Assembly (NCBI GenBank): GCA_011109175.1 | Contig: RDEW01000027.1 | Location: 734,511-798,510, forward strand | Direction of reading: 5' to 3' | Source of the DNA: Dicyema japonicum | Taxonomy: Eukaryota > Animalia > Dicyemida | DNA length: 64,000 nucleotides | Part shown: one piece after another, positions 26,402-38,384 of the stretch | Layout of the letters: every line of letters starts with the position of its first letter | How positions within the stretch are numbered: position 1 is the stretch's first letter | Position numbers and translations under genes: made by a program | Notes under the pieces: generated by a model | Databases searched by the model: none | What the model saw: the letters and a program-made list of their open reading frames with translations, nothing else | Told to the model about the DNA's origin: nothing

Positions 26402-26600
26402 AAAATTCCAAAGACCAAGGGAAAAGTTAAACTAATTGATTTCTTGATCCTGACACGTTCTAGCAGAACCTTTAACCAAGCACAATGATCCAGGGTGCGT
26501 TGTCAGGAAAGCTGAGGTCGATCCCAAAACACGTCAACAGGGAGTGAATAAATTGATCCTATTGAATGGCTGCCAGGCATTGGGTGTCTCCATTCTTAGA
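26402..26600 (-). mobile_element. LINE 3' relic abutting the coiled-coil gene stop codon
   Basis: Reads LLERVRIKK, with UTR TCCCTTGGTCTTTGGAATTTTT; paralogous to 15965-16165. Confidence 0.65.
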
Positions 26601-26699
26601 TTTTGACTGAACAGTTTCCAGCACGCCTTAATGATCACGGTACTCAGAGAACCATTTTTTGTACAATGTTTCACTCCTTACACACATTGGTCACTTTAG

Positions 26700-27560
26700 T
26701 TCCAAGAGAGGACGAAGTTGCTATATAAAAAGTTGCTATATCGGTTTTTGAGATTCCCCATGTGTCAGAGTTGTGCGTAAGACTCGGTTTCACGAAAGCT
26801 TCATACGACTTGAGGCGAAGTGATGGAGAGACGGGTATTTGGATCCATCATTTTATATGCTTTTGCATGGTCTCTGTAGAAAACAATTTCCTTCCCCAAT
26901 GTCTTCGAAGTCCCCGAGAAGGAAGCCAAGCTTTATGGTATTCCTCTAGTTTTCGGTATTGCGCGGTTCCATCCACTTGATCTCGACGATATCCATTTTC
27001 GAAGTGTTCATTGATAGGGACCATGTGACAGGCGGTCTGATGCTACCTCCAGGAGACGTCGAAGTGCTCCTTTGTTATTCGAGACAAAGTCAACATCATC
27101 GGTGTAAACAATTGCCATAATATCGCTGCTGCAATACTTCCGGAGATCTCGTAGATCCAATTAAAGGTATACAGAGAACAATACCGGAGAATGGGAGTCT
27201 CCTTGAGGTTGTGTCCACTGTTGTCATGATATCTTGCAGCACTGTTTCCAATGCGCACTCACAATCACGTGTTTTATAGGAGAATCCGTATTATGGTAAC
27301 CAAATTCTGATCTTCCAGTATTTCAATGAGTTTTTCTCTACAGACAGTGAATTCCAAGAATAGTTTTTGAACTTCGGCATAGTGCTAGCAGTCCAATGGG
27401 AGTAGAATTAATCCTTAGTTTCCCAAAGCGTTCTCAAGTCATCTCTGACCTACGTCTCTTGGAGACAGAAGACTGAACATCGATACTTCCCAAGTTCCAG
27501 ACATAATCGATGCTTCTTCGACCAGTCATTGAGAGGACAAAGGTAGAGAACATGGAAAAT
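26700..27560 (-). mobile_element. Decayed RTE-like reverse transcriptase
   Basis: Reads PQGDSHSPVLFSVYL and IVYTDDVDFVS. Confidence 0.65.
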
Positions 27561-27629
27561 CATTCAAACGCGTATACAACATGAGTACAAGAAAGGGACA
27601 TCACCACATCAACCAAAACGTTTTAAGAT

Positions 27630-27950
27630 CATTTATTTATTTAAACACCCCTAGACCACGGTCAAAAATCGAAACGAACTACCACGTGATCCCGATATGT
27701 TCGAATAAGGTCTTCATCTTTGCCCGATGTTCCTCTCCGATCCCACACATGTACGTATCGGGTGGCTGTTTGCAGAGGTGCCTTGAGTCATCTCGGAATC
27801 TAGCCGCATGAGGACTTCCAGAGGAGTCAGTTCGGATCCATGTCCCCCACGAGTCCATCGCTCCGTAATTCTGAACGCCCTCTTCTGCATTCCCTGCACT
27901 TTTCTTTTATTTTTAAATGAGATGGAGGGTCCCCAAGAAGCGCATATCAT
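27630..27950 (-). mobile_element. Jockey/I-like LINE 3' fragment
   Basis: Reads MQKRAFRITERW..EHIGITW*, with UTR ACCGTGGTC; paralogous to 6545-6986. Confidence 0.7.
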
Positions 27951-28857
27951 GTTTCTTTATTTTGTTGTAGAATCAGTTTAAATCAGTTTTTATTTAATTT
28001 AATTATTTATTAAAGCAGAAAAGAACTATACAGCAGCCTTCCTGACTGAGTGGCCATCTCTCAGGATTGTGAGCGAGATTGGTTCAAATATCCAACAGCG
28101 GTCGAGAGATCCCCGTGTGTGCCTAAAATCCGGTCTCTAGTCAACCCAGGAATTCAAGCATCGAGACACAATTTATTAACATTGGGAGCACAAGAAAGAA
28201 TAAAAGTCGCGGTTAACTGTCGGTTTGATTCCTTCAACGTTACTTACCTGGTCGAAAGATTTGATTCTTCTCTATGCCTTCACAAATCCTAAGAGAGGTA
28301 TCTAGATCCATCTGTCGTATAAGATGCCAAGTGGCTGGCCGGGATCCAAAAAGGATATATATCTTACCTACTCCACTGGAAGGGTTCCCACAATGACAAA
28401 TTGGCATGGACGTGATGTCGGACAGGAGTTTGTCATTTTCAGGGATCCATCGCTTCCAGGATGTGTCAGATGATCCATAATTAACTTGATGTTTGGCGTT
28501 TTTTCTTAAGTGGATGCCACTATAGTTGCGTTGCGCCTTCCAGTCAATAACGGTCTACTTTACATGGACTGCAAGTTGCATTCAGGATTTTAATGATCAT
28601 ATCACATTACTTATCGCAATTTGCTACGCACTTCGTAAAACGAATTATTCTTATAAAGGATAAAAGATACCATTGTAAAAAAATCCTTCAGTATCCAATC
28701 TGTTTTATTATTATTATTAAAGTCTTTATCTTTTTTTGGATCCAGAAAAGTCTAATAAATCAGTAAATTTCTAAAATTAATTTCCAAAATATATTTACTT
28801 AAATTAATAAATAAATAATAAAATAATTAAAATTCAAATTAATTAGACACAACTGAG

Positions 28858-29884
28858 ATGGGTTTATTGGAGGGATTTCTATGTCCTTCATGTCACAAAA
28901 AGTTTACCCGCGAGGACGAATTGACTCAACATTTCTCATCATTTCACGTTGGCAAACCAAACGGTTCACCATCTGAGTTCCAACCACAAGCCTTTCAAAA
29001 TGATGAACAAAAAATAGGTTGTCATGGTATACTTAATTGCAGGAGATTTAAAGGATGACTCAGAGCTGCTGCACAACCTCAGAGAGAAGTACAACAAAAA
29101 ACAAGCAGGCTAATGCCAAGCTTATTTGGCGTCTTTCCCGCCTTCTTTCTGGTTTGAGGAGTGCTGAAAACCTGGCGAACAAGTCACTCTCCAAAGCAAA
29201 AACCCTTGAAGTGGAGAAATCAGTTGTCCATTGGATTGAGGACGACAAGTCATCCACGTGCTATTGTTGTGAAAAGCCCTACGGCGTGATTCTGCGACGA
29301 CATCACTGCAGACTCTGCGGGAATCTGGTCTGTTCAAAGTGCTCTTACTTTATCTCCTACGATGATACCGGTGAGGGACCTTGTTAACTACAGAACTGTT
29401 CACTACGACATACATGGGATGGCCAGAAACGAGTTCTACACACGTGGAGCTCAACTTCAGTGAGAAGTCTACTCCAACTTCTATCAGAATGTGCACTTGC
29501 TGTCGTCTTTTTATTCTTAAGAGGGCCACCGCCCTTAACGAGTACAAGGAAGGAAACGATCTGACAACCTTTTACGATGTTTTGGATCAGTCTGAGTCTT
29601 AGACACTGACCGAGAAAATGGCTCGAACTAGAACGATGGTGGAGAACCTACAGGCCATGGGAGAGGATGACGAGGACTACGAAAATGTCAGGGATATTGT
29701 CAGGGAGGCTTTTTCTGATGTTGAAAAGTGCAGGTTTGGCTAGATCGTTGATTTCAGTTCCGAGTTTCTCCATTTTGCTGAATCGATGAAGAATGCGTGT
29801 CCGTTAAAGTCTAAGCTGTGCCATAACGTCCGTAGTTCTGTTATTGACTTTATTCAAACACAAATGGGGACTATTTCTATTTAA
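28858..29884 (+). CDS. RBSN: Rabenosyn-5 (C2H2 zinc finger + FYVE), short form
   Basis: Reads EGFLCPSCHKKF..LTQHFSSFH, KLIWRLSRLL and EKSVVHWIEDD..CYCC..RRHHCRLCGNLVCSKC. TAA at 29882-29884; probable 1-nt indel in the A-run near 29100. Confidence 0.85.
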
Positions 29885-30479
29885 TAATGGGTTATATTAT
29901 TAATATGATTTTTTTTAATTTTGTCAAGGGATGCAATATTTTATTAACTTACCACCCCGGGTATACCAAAGAGGTTAAGGTATAATGTCCAATTTATTCA
30001 ACTCCCACTATCGGAGGGGACATAACCTTTCTAAGCAACACGCTCATGTCTACCATTGTTATCCGTCCAGTGGAGAAGGAAGAGGGAAAATTTTTTGTAA
30101 GGCGTCCAGGCACTGGGTTTTCCAAGACAGGATCATATGATGCCCCGTAAGATTTAAAAAAGACACAGAGTAGAAAGGAATCACTCGATCAGGTAGTAGT
30201 AGTTTGGGACTCGAATTCACAGCCAATGCACCATCATTTACTTATTTTTGAAAAAATGAATTCATTTCATCCTGCATCTTGTGGAGATAACGTGATTAGC
30301 TATTTGCTTTTTTCTATCAAATGACCTAGCGCTTGAATTAGTTGGCCTTGATGATTTCTTTTTTATCCTCAAAATCCTTCATTTAATCAGTGAGAGTCAA
30401 TGAAGTCAAAATTTGTCGAAACGAAATTTGCTATAAAATTATTTTTAGGTCAATAGTTAGTTAATAGCACTTCCGCGTT

Positions 30480-30740
30480 GCCATAAGCACGTAAAGACCG
30501 CCAATTTCACTATGGACTGTTTAGATTAGTCCAACTAAGTGAGCGTATCCTTATGCGAATGCACGACATTCTGATAGCTGGGTCAAGTGTGTCTGCGAGG
30601 AAGCACGCCATAACAACGACCGAGAAAACAAGGGCAACTCACCTAAACACTCTCAGACCTTTTTTGTCACCTAAGTATGGTGTTGATGATGATGGGCTAA
30701 TAAATGTGAAGGCGTTGATCGAGTTACAAATTAATAATTG
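30480..30740 (+). mobile_element. Jockey/I-like LINE fragment
   Basis: Reads HAITTTEKTRATHLNTLRPFLS (post-RT thumb region). Confidence 0.45.
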
Positions 30741-30750
30741 AAGGTTCAAC

Positions 30751-31523
30751 TTAAAAAGCCTTCATAAGGTCTTCTTCGGAGCATTGGACAACCGACCTTA
30801 AGTCGTTGACAACTTGGCTAAAAGAAGGTGACTAGTCACCTTGATCGGAGACGTTGTACACGTATATGAAAGACCGCAATATTTTTGGAATAGATCAACA
30901 AATACATGTCCCCATTGTAGGTCAATGAACATATTAGTTGATCATTTAACCATTCGGGGCGGATCCATGCTATACCATGACTAGGTGGAGCCATAAAGAG
31001 TTAGTTAGGAGTCTTCATGCAATAATTATGGTATTTGCCACACCAGAAAGCAGACTTAAAGGTGCAATCTGTATTAGTGAACACCAGGGTCCAAATCAAG
31101 GTGGACGTTGTCGTTTGAACCCCGATGATAGTCAAGCAAAATAAACCGGACATTGTGGTACACGATGAGGAGTCTGGCCAAATCCTTATTATAGAAGTTG
31201 TCATTACGTCCCAAGGCCGTTTTCAGACTGTGGAGGTGGATAAAAAAGTAAGTATGACTTGCTTGCAAACGAGATGGGGCAGATGCTTAATTGACAGGTC
31301 CTCGTTATTCCAATAGTAATGACGTGGGAGGAATTATAACAAAGTACACAAGGGTTATCTGAAGCAGTTGGGGGTAGATAGGAAGCTCCAGGCCTATCTA
31401 CAGTTCACTGTGTTAAAGTGGATCCTAGAAAGCCTGACACCGGAGTATAGGAGGCAGAGACCGGAGATGTCATATGGGCAGAGTTCAATTAGATAATCGC
31501 TTCTGGAGCTTTTTCAGCAACCA
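30751..31523 (+). mobile_element. R4/Dong-like REL unit, copy 3
   Basis: Reads NKPDIVVHDEESGQILIIEVVITSQGRFQTVEVDKK. Starts with the same ACTTAAAAAGCCTTCATAAGGTC as copy 1. Confidence 0.8.
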
Positions 31524-32420
31524 GAGTCGAACCTCCATGAGGAGGCTGGCGAACAGGCAGGCTAGGAAAGTTGCTTATGGTAAAAATAGTGATTTTTGGT
31601 TGGTTAAATAGAAAAATTAAAAAGAAAATCCACCCTTAACATAATTAGTCATAATTATTTAGGATCAGTGATCTTCTTTAGTTTTTCGTAAAGACAGGCT
31701 AAAATGATATATTGTTAATACAAAAGTCCTCTCCGACCAAAATAATATTTCTACAAATATATTCAGCCAAGTCTTCATTTCTGTGGTATTTGTACCAAAT
31801 GTATATTTCTTCTTCATATTCATTTACCATGGTAACACACTAGTCTATCATCAAATATTACATCAACACGAAGAGCAGCTATTTCACGAATTGTATTATT
31901 CCAGAGAGCTTCCGGAATGCCCAAATTGACTGACACATTTCGCTTTCTTAGTAAATACAAAATCAAACAATAGATTTTGCATTGCCTGCATTGTTTCACT
32001 CTTCCCAGGTCTGAACCTTCTCCATCCAATGTATTCTTTATGCAAATCATAATCTTTGAATATTTCACACACTCTTTCTATCATTGTACTAAACCGAATT
32101 TCTCTTTCTATTATTTTACTAAACGAACGAGTTTGAATATTCTATTTCTGTGGCGTATTCATGACCTGTCCTAATGATTTCAGAAGTTTCCGTTTCTTTG
32201 AGTTTATCCAGAATATCCTCTGTCATTAATTTGCAAACTATTAATTTATTTTTTCAATAGACCTTCACATTTGTTAGGCATGAACGATTCTTCAAGATTT
32301 ACTGTAAAAATATTAAGTAGTATCTATTTATTAATTCAAATTGATACGTAAAACATTTGCATCTAATTATTATTCATTTTATTAGATTTAATATATTTTT
32401 AATTAAATATATTTTTTAAT
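31524..32420. repeat. Inverted copy of block 13373-14277
   Basis: Direct sequence comparison with the first copy. Confidence 0.9.
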
Positions 32421-32937
32421 TATTTTTTATTAAAGGATCTCCCAAGGTCCGCTTGGGATATATGTCTTTAGTCGTTCCCGAGAATCCTAAAATTCTTATG
32501 ACACTGATGACCTTCACAAGGCATGTTGACCAAATCTAATGTGAGGACTCCAGAAGTTAATGCCTTCAAGCCATTTGTCGTGGAGAACCTGTACCCAGTA
32601 GAAGATTGTACATGTAAATTGTACAGATAAACCATTTTCCCTCTTTAGATTATGCTTGTGTTCATGGAGGTATTCACTGTCTGCGCCGTTGTCGGACGAA
32701 ATCATCTTTTTGATCATGGAATCCACTATATTCATCACTAGGGAGATTTTTTGACCTTATAAATTCGAATATTAGACCTTTTTTGACTTTATGAGAAATT
32801 TATCTAAAAATATTTTTTAAACATGAAAAAATCTAATCAAAAATATTATTAAAATATAGAATAATGCAATTCAAAATGTTTCAGATAAAAATCTCAGTCT
32901 TTAGAAAATAATTATGTCAATGTTACTTCTTATTTCT

Positions 32938-35165
32938 TCATCCAATGTGTAGATATTTTAATGGGAATAGGGTTATTTGTTTGAGATGTGCTTTGGAAAT
33001 TCTTAGAATATATCTGAGCTGTATTCTATGAAAGGAGTTCAGACTTTCCATTTCAGGCATTGTGAATGCCCAGGTAGAACAGTTGTACAGTAAAATTGAT
33101 TTTACGAACATATTGTATAATTTGATTTTTAAAGAGACAGAAATTTGTTTACCTCGTAGCCATGCGTTGTTTAGTTTTTTAAGAGCGAAAGCTGCTGGTG
33201 ATTTTCTTTGTAGTATGTCTACTGTTTCTCCTAAAAGAGTGCCAAGTTTCTTCATATGCCTCCATTTTTCCTGTGTCGTTGTTCGCATCGCCTTACTATA
33301 GTATATTCTGTTTTCTCGGTGTTAATTTTTAGGAATGATTTTTCAAATGTTTTGGCCAATTTGTCGATAATATGTCACATAATTGTAGATTGGAGATATA
33401 AATCACCATGTGATTGCTTCTCAAAATGAACGTTTTCAGGTAGATCTTCAACATTTTCAACATTAAATGAAAATTTCAAATGGATTTTAACGGTCATTGA
33501 CATATATAGTAAAAAGATATCGAGGAATTAAGGGAATAAATTCAATAATTCATAGTTATACTTATATCACATTATGACTTAGATAATTTTAGTGATGAGT
33601 GTGCGATTCCAGAACAAATTGACGATTTGGTTAATTGTTCGACTCCAGAATCTATTGAAAATTCACGTAGTTTGATTTAAAAAATTTATATCTAGATAGT
33701 CAGATAATTTGTGTCCGAATGCGAAGAGATTCAATTTCGAAATTAAATCGATTGAAGAAAATTCGAATTATTACAAAGCTATGAACAGGAAAATGAATGT
33801 TCATAATAGTAAATATACTTTTAACATGGGAGATAAAGTATGAATTAAAAACATTAATAAATAGGTTCGGACTAAAAAGAACTTTGGAACAAATCCCTCA
33901 TTGCGACTGGATAATTTTGAGTCTCAGTATTATCCAGTTGCAGAAATAATTAATATTTTATCAAATAATCGCGTGGAGGTAGTTTTAAATAGTTTAATTT
34001 AATAGATAAAAATTCGAAAAGAGAAATATCGACTGTATTAATGAGTAGACTAAAAAAACTTAAAATTAATTTTTTGTGGTTAATAAATTATTTATAAAAT
34101 TAATTGAAGTTAATCTTGGTTCAAGGTTAATGTAACAGGCAGCCCATAGGTATCGCTTGGCCCATGTGACATAATACTTTCTAATCGGTGGTCTGTTGCC
34201 GTGAGATCTATATCATCTGCGAAGATGACTTCCCTTCCGTTATATGTTTGGAGATATTATTCCTGGCATCACGTAGGGTCGCCTCTAGATACGCGATGAA
34301 TAAAACCGGAGATAGGGCGTCTCCTTTAGGGGGTGCCCTTGTTTGTTCCGAATACTCTAAATTTCTGATTTCCGAGCTGGATAAATAGTTGAGTGGAGGA
34401 GAGTAGATAACGAATTATTCTGATGCAATTTTCCTCAAGTAGTGGTGTTAATATTTGCATCATCTTGACTCTGCTGATTGAGTCAAATGCCTTAGATAGA
34501 TCGATTCCCTTTATATGGTACTCCTCTTTATATTTTTGGCATGAAGCACACATCCATTTGTGGCTCCAAACGGCATCGGAAGTTGATCTTCCAGAGACAA
34601 ACCCACTTTTGCTAGATCCGATAAATCCACGTAGTGGGGCTTTTATTCTGTCCAGAGCGATTAGCTATAGAATCGTATGATTGGTCTTAAGCTGTTTAGC
34701 TTTCCATTTTCCTTCCCGTTTTATGTAAGGAGATTATTTTCCGATTCCGATGTTAATTCTGAGTGTTCCTCAAAAGTTTTGTTCGAAACTCTTCAAAAGC
34801 TATTTTATGAACTCTGCATTAATATTATCTGGGTCTGGGGCTTTTGAGTTGTCTAGTCTGGTCACAGCCTTTTTAACTTCTGTTAAAGTTATTTCTGGTG
34901 AGAGCTTTCTGGGACTCCATCAAACGGATAAAGCGTTTCTTCGTTATCAAAATTGAAATATTTTTCGAAGTGATCAGCTGTGGTGTCTGTGCGTTTCTGG
35001 TTGTTGTAAATGGTTCTTCCTAGTTCATCATGAACTTTTAGATTTTCAGATTTCTTCTTTCGCGCTAGCATCTTTACACATGCATACATTTGTGCTTCGT
35101 GTTTGTACTTTCCTACTTCATTTGCAAGGTTTTGTAGCTCTGCTTCGTGGTTTATCTGACATTTT
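32938..35165 (-). mobile_element. RTE-like LINE RT region, interrupted by an insertion at about 33310-34130
   Basis: Reads GFVSGRSTSDAV, GIDLSKAFDSISR and GTPKGDALSPVLFIAYL, then resumes KKLGTLLG..IKLYNMFVKSILLYNCSTW. Confidence 0.85.
33400..33900 (+). mobile_element. Decayed rve-type integrase fragment (Ginger/Polinton-like)
   Basis: Reads ERFQVDL..(frameshift)..NENFKWILTVIDIYSK. Confidence 0.5.
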
Positions 35166-35317
35166 TTCTTGATTTTTAAATTTATTACTTCGAGAAAATA
35201 ATTTTTTAAATAATAATTTCTAATTTTATTTAATTTACGATAATCTTATTAAAAATTAAATTTTAATAAAATTTTTACACGCTACGTTTTGCCTTTGACA
35301 AATTCACCGCACAGAAA

Positions 35318-36777
35318 ATGAACCAAACTGATGGAAAGGACAGTCAATTTTACGACGAAGGTCAAAGATCCTATTTTACGTAAAAATTGAAAATCCTAGG
35401 TATTTAGTCAAGCCCACACGTGTCTAACGTTGGTTCTATTCACCTGTATCCTTTATTTCGGTTCAAATTACGGAGATTTCAGTGATCCAACCTATAACAT
35501 CAAGCGGTAATCCTTAAAAATATTTCAGTGGCATTACTGCTGTTTTAATCGCATATTTGTTTTACTGCATGATTCAACTCCCCGACGGTCCTTTTCTTCG
35601 TCCTCATCCTGCCTTTTGGCGACTTGTCTTGGGGGTCTCAATTTTATACGAATTGGCTCTTATTTTCATCCTCTTCCAGGCATTTTCTGGCTTATTTTAG
35701 AACCCTTCGGATGCTCGTAGATACATGAAGATCTTAGATCCGAAATTGGGCGTCCCCTTTAAGGAGAGGGAGTATGGCTTCTGCAATATTTACGACCCTG
35801 TGGCCAATCCGGACAATCCTTTCAAATATTTCAAAGTAAGGCACCTCTGTGATCCCAGGACAAACTGGACATGTTCGTCTTGGCTCACTTTGTCGGCTGG
35901 TTCTTTAAGGTCGTTTTCTCTGTTCCTTTCAGGCTTTGATTCTCAGAGATTTTCTTCTCTGCTGCATCATCAGCCTTGGTTTTGAGGTTATGGAGTACAC
36001 ACTGATGCACCAACTTCCAAACTTCATTGAATGTTGGTGGGACCACGTTAACTATTTGAGATTTATTTTCAGTTTATTCTGGACGTCCTACTGACCAATA
36101 CTCCTGGGATATATTTGGGTCTCAAAATGCTTCACTATCTGGAGATCAAACCCTACCATTGGAAGTCTCTACGGACTATTCCTAGTCTTAGGTTTGTTTC
36201 CATGGATTGAGCTTTCCGTAGTGGTAAACTCAAGCGGTTTGCTCTCCAATTTTCACCATATAATTGGACAAGGTATGAATGGAAGCCCAAGTTGAACATC
36301 CGACGGTGGTTCCTTACAGTGTTAACGATTATAATGGTGATTATTGCTTTTATAGTAGTTTTTGATGGCCGAGGTCAACTTTTTTTACCTGAAATTTGTG
36401 CTTTGGATCCCCGAGTCTCATTATTTGTGCATGATGAGGACTATTATTATATTTTTGTCCGGAGCTGTTGCACTCAGGGAAATCTATAGCTACATAAACA
36501 TTGAGTTTGTTTTTTTTAATTCTTAAGGGGTGGTTGTAATCGGTTCGGTCCCCAGTCGTGGATTATACTGGCATTTGTGTTCACTGAATTTTTGATTTAT
36601 ACGAAATTCGAATGGGAGTTGGTAACGAGACCTCCTCCGACTTTTATCATTTATTGTTGGATTGTGTTTATTTTTATGTTCTTTGCTTACACCACAATTA
36701 CTTTCATTCTTCCAAAGTAGTGATGTTGTATTAAATGTAGTCGAAGACTCATGAAGAAGTTCAAAAAACTGGACTAG
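35318..36777 (+). CDS. PTDSS2: Phosphatidylserine synthase 2
   Basis: Reads [56 protein letters not shown] and [14 protein letters not shown] at 36775-36777; 21-30-nt introns including one GC-AG. Confidence 0.92.
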
Positions 36778-37134
36778 CTGATATAACCTTTATTTTCTCG
36801 ATTTTTCATTTTTCTCTGGATATTCTTTGGTGATGTTTAAATTTATTAAATAAAACTTAATAATTTTAATTATAACCCTTCCCCGACATAATTGTTACGT
36901 ACTCTCACGATAGCAATCGAGATCAACCGGAGGAACCACTCGGTTTAAATGACGTTGTGGTTTCTTTGTGGAGCTGTTTGATGGCTACTAATGATTTGGA
37001 GATATTTATATTGTTAAGATTTGAGTATATTCAAAATACCGTAGTTACTTAAAATTTGATCAGTCCATTAATTTGGAATTTTTTGGTTAGTCAGAATATG
37101 TTTGATTAAAATCAGTGAAATTACCATTAAAATG

Positions 37135-37420
37135 AAAAATTCCAAGGACCACGGTAACATCAAACTAATTGTTCACGGGATCTTTGAAGTAATAGTTGTC
37201 CTTTCTATTGAGCATTCAAATGCTTCATGTCGTCTGACATGAAGGTGATTTATTGGTTTCTTTATACCCGAATATTTCCACTTTTTGAGCAATTGAAAGT
37301 CTTGTGTAGCCTCCAACAGAAACATTCCGACCCATGCTTGTTTTAAATTACAGTAAACTCTCCCAAAGTGGCCATTTTTGGTTCCAGCACTTTTTGCGGC
37401 AAATTTAGGAATTGGCAAAT
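37135..37420 (-). mobile_element. LINE 3' fragment
   Basis: Reads LKQAWVGMFLLEA.., with UTR TTACCGTGGTCCTTGG. Confidence 0.55.
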
Positions 37421-37548
37421 TTCAGAATTTAATCAATAATTTAAAAATAATTATTGGGTAACTTCTCACTGATGAAAATAACTAAATTTGAATTTATTAC
37501 GAAAAAAAATTATTTAAAAAAAGTGTAAAATCGCTTCGCTTCCTAAAG

Positions 37549-37889
37549 AAACTTGGACGCCTAGCTACGCTGAAAAGCCACGACACACGTGAGACCCGTT
37601 GGTTTCTCCAGTTGATCTCTGCTGCAATCGTGAGAGGTAACGACGTCGATAATGTCGGCGGGGACCACTTTGGATGGATTGCTATGTTAATTAATTGTTA
37701 CTTTTATTAATAAAGTATTATGGTAATTGAATGACCTTGATTTTAATATCTCAAGATCTCAATGAAACTTGGACGCCTAGCTACACTAGAATGACACGAC
37801 GCACGTGAGACACGATGGCTTCTCCAGTTGATCTTTGTTGCGATCAAGAAAGGCAACTAAACGTCGATTATGTCGGCGGGGACCACTTT
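37549..37889 (+). mobile_element. Two tandem about 125-bp 3' termini of a CRE-like retrotransposon
   Basis: Copies at 37549-37671 and 37765-37889 translate RETRWFLQLISAAIVRGN / RETRWLLQLIFVAIKKGN, with synonymous-biased differences. Compare REAVWLRQRIGIAVVRGN at about 11230-11285. Each is followed by AATAAA. Confidence 0.7.
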
Positions 37890-37964
37890 TGATTGTTTTT
37901 GTGTTTTAATAAAGTGATTTCAGATTAGATCTTTAGGGAATCGGATTTCTACATTTTTATTTAT

Positions 37965-38238
37965 TTAGCCGATCCCCTCGAATGAAGGAAACCAGTGGCG
38001 AACAAGAACGTCACAGCCAAGAGCGGACGCTCGCAGATATTCGATAGGTATATTGGTTCTGCGCAGAACTGGAGGTGGACCAGGACAAGAGAAGAGGTGA
38101 CCTGTCTTCTTTCCGTCAAGGATTCTTGATGGGCATAGCGGAGAAGACTCGGATTTCAACACGAACAGGAGATCCCTGTGGGTGTTGCTGGCTCGCCATC
38201 CTGAGAAGGAATGACCCTCGGCTGACTGTTTCTTTTTT
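37965..38238 (+). ncRNA. Candidate structured non-coding RNA, family unassigned
   Basis: GC-rich island in AT-rich DNA. Terminal stem TTAGCCGA/TCGGCTGA, nested TGGCGA/TCGCCA, at least three internal hairpins, and a TTTCTTTTTT tail. No convincing protein product. Confidence 0.4.
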
Positions 38239-38384
38239 ATTTTAATAAATAATTTCATGATAAATTTTTTTTAATCCTTTATAAATTAACTTTGATATTA
38301 GCCGATTCTAAAATATTAGCCTTAAAGTCAAAACAAAACGTTAAAAAGAAAATTTACACATAATTTCAAAATTTTAAGAAAAAA

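Noticed and set aside
32514-32738. SDNG-containing ORF as a second integrase fragment
   Set aside because: Only one short motif; too weak to call.
37549-37889. Tandem 125-nt pair initially read as a duplicated structured RNA (vault/U4/HDV-ribozyme-like, with one apparent compensatory change)
   Set aside because: Differences are biased to synonymous positions and the frame matches the CRE-like C-terminus (W..Q.I..A.VRGN), so these are retroelement 3' stubs.
37925-37952. Resemblance of CTTTAGGGAATCGGATTTCTA to the U3 snoRNA box A'/A region
   Set aside because: Loose match in AT-rich DNA, and proper C', B and C boxes were not found downstream.
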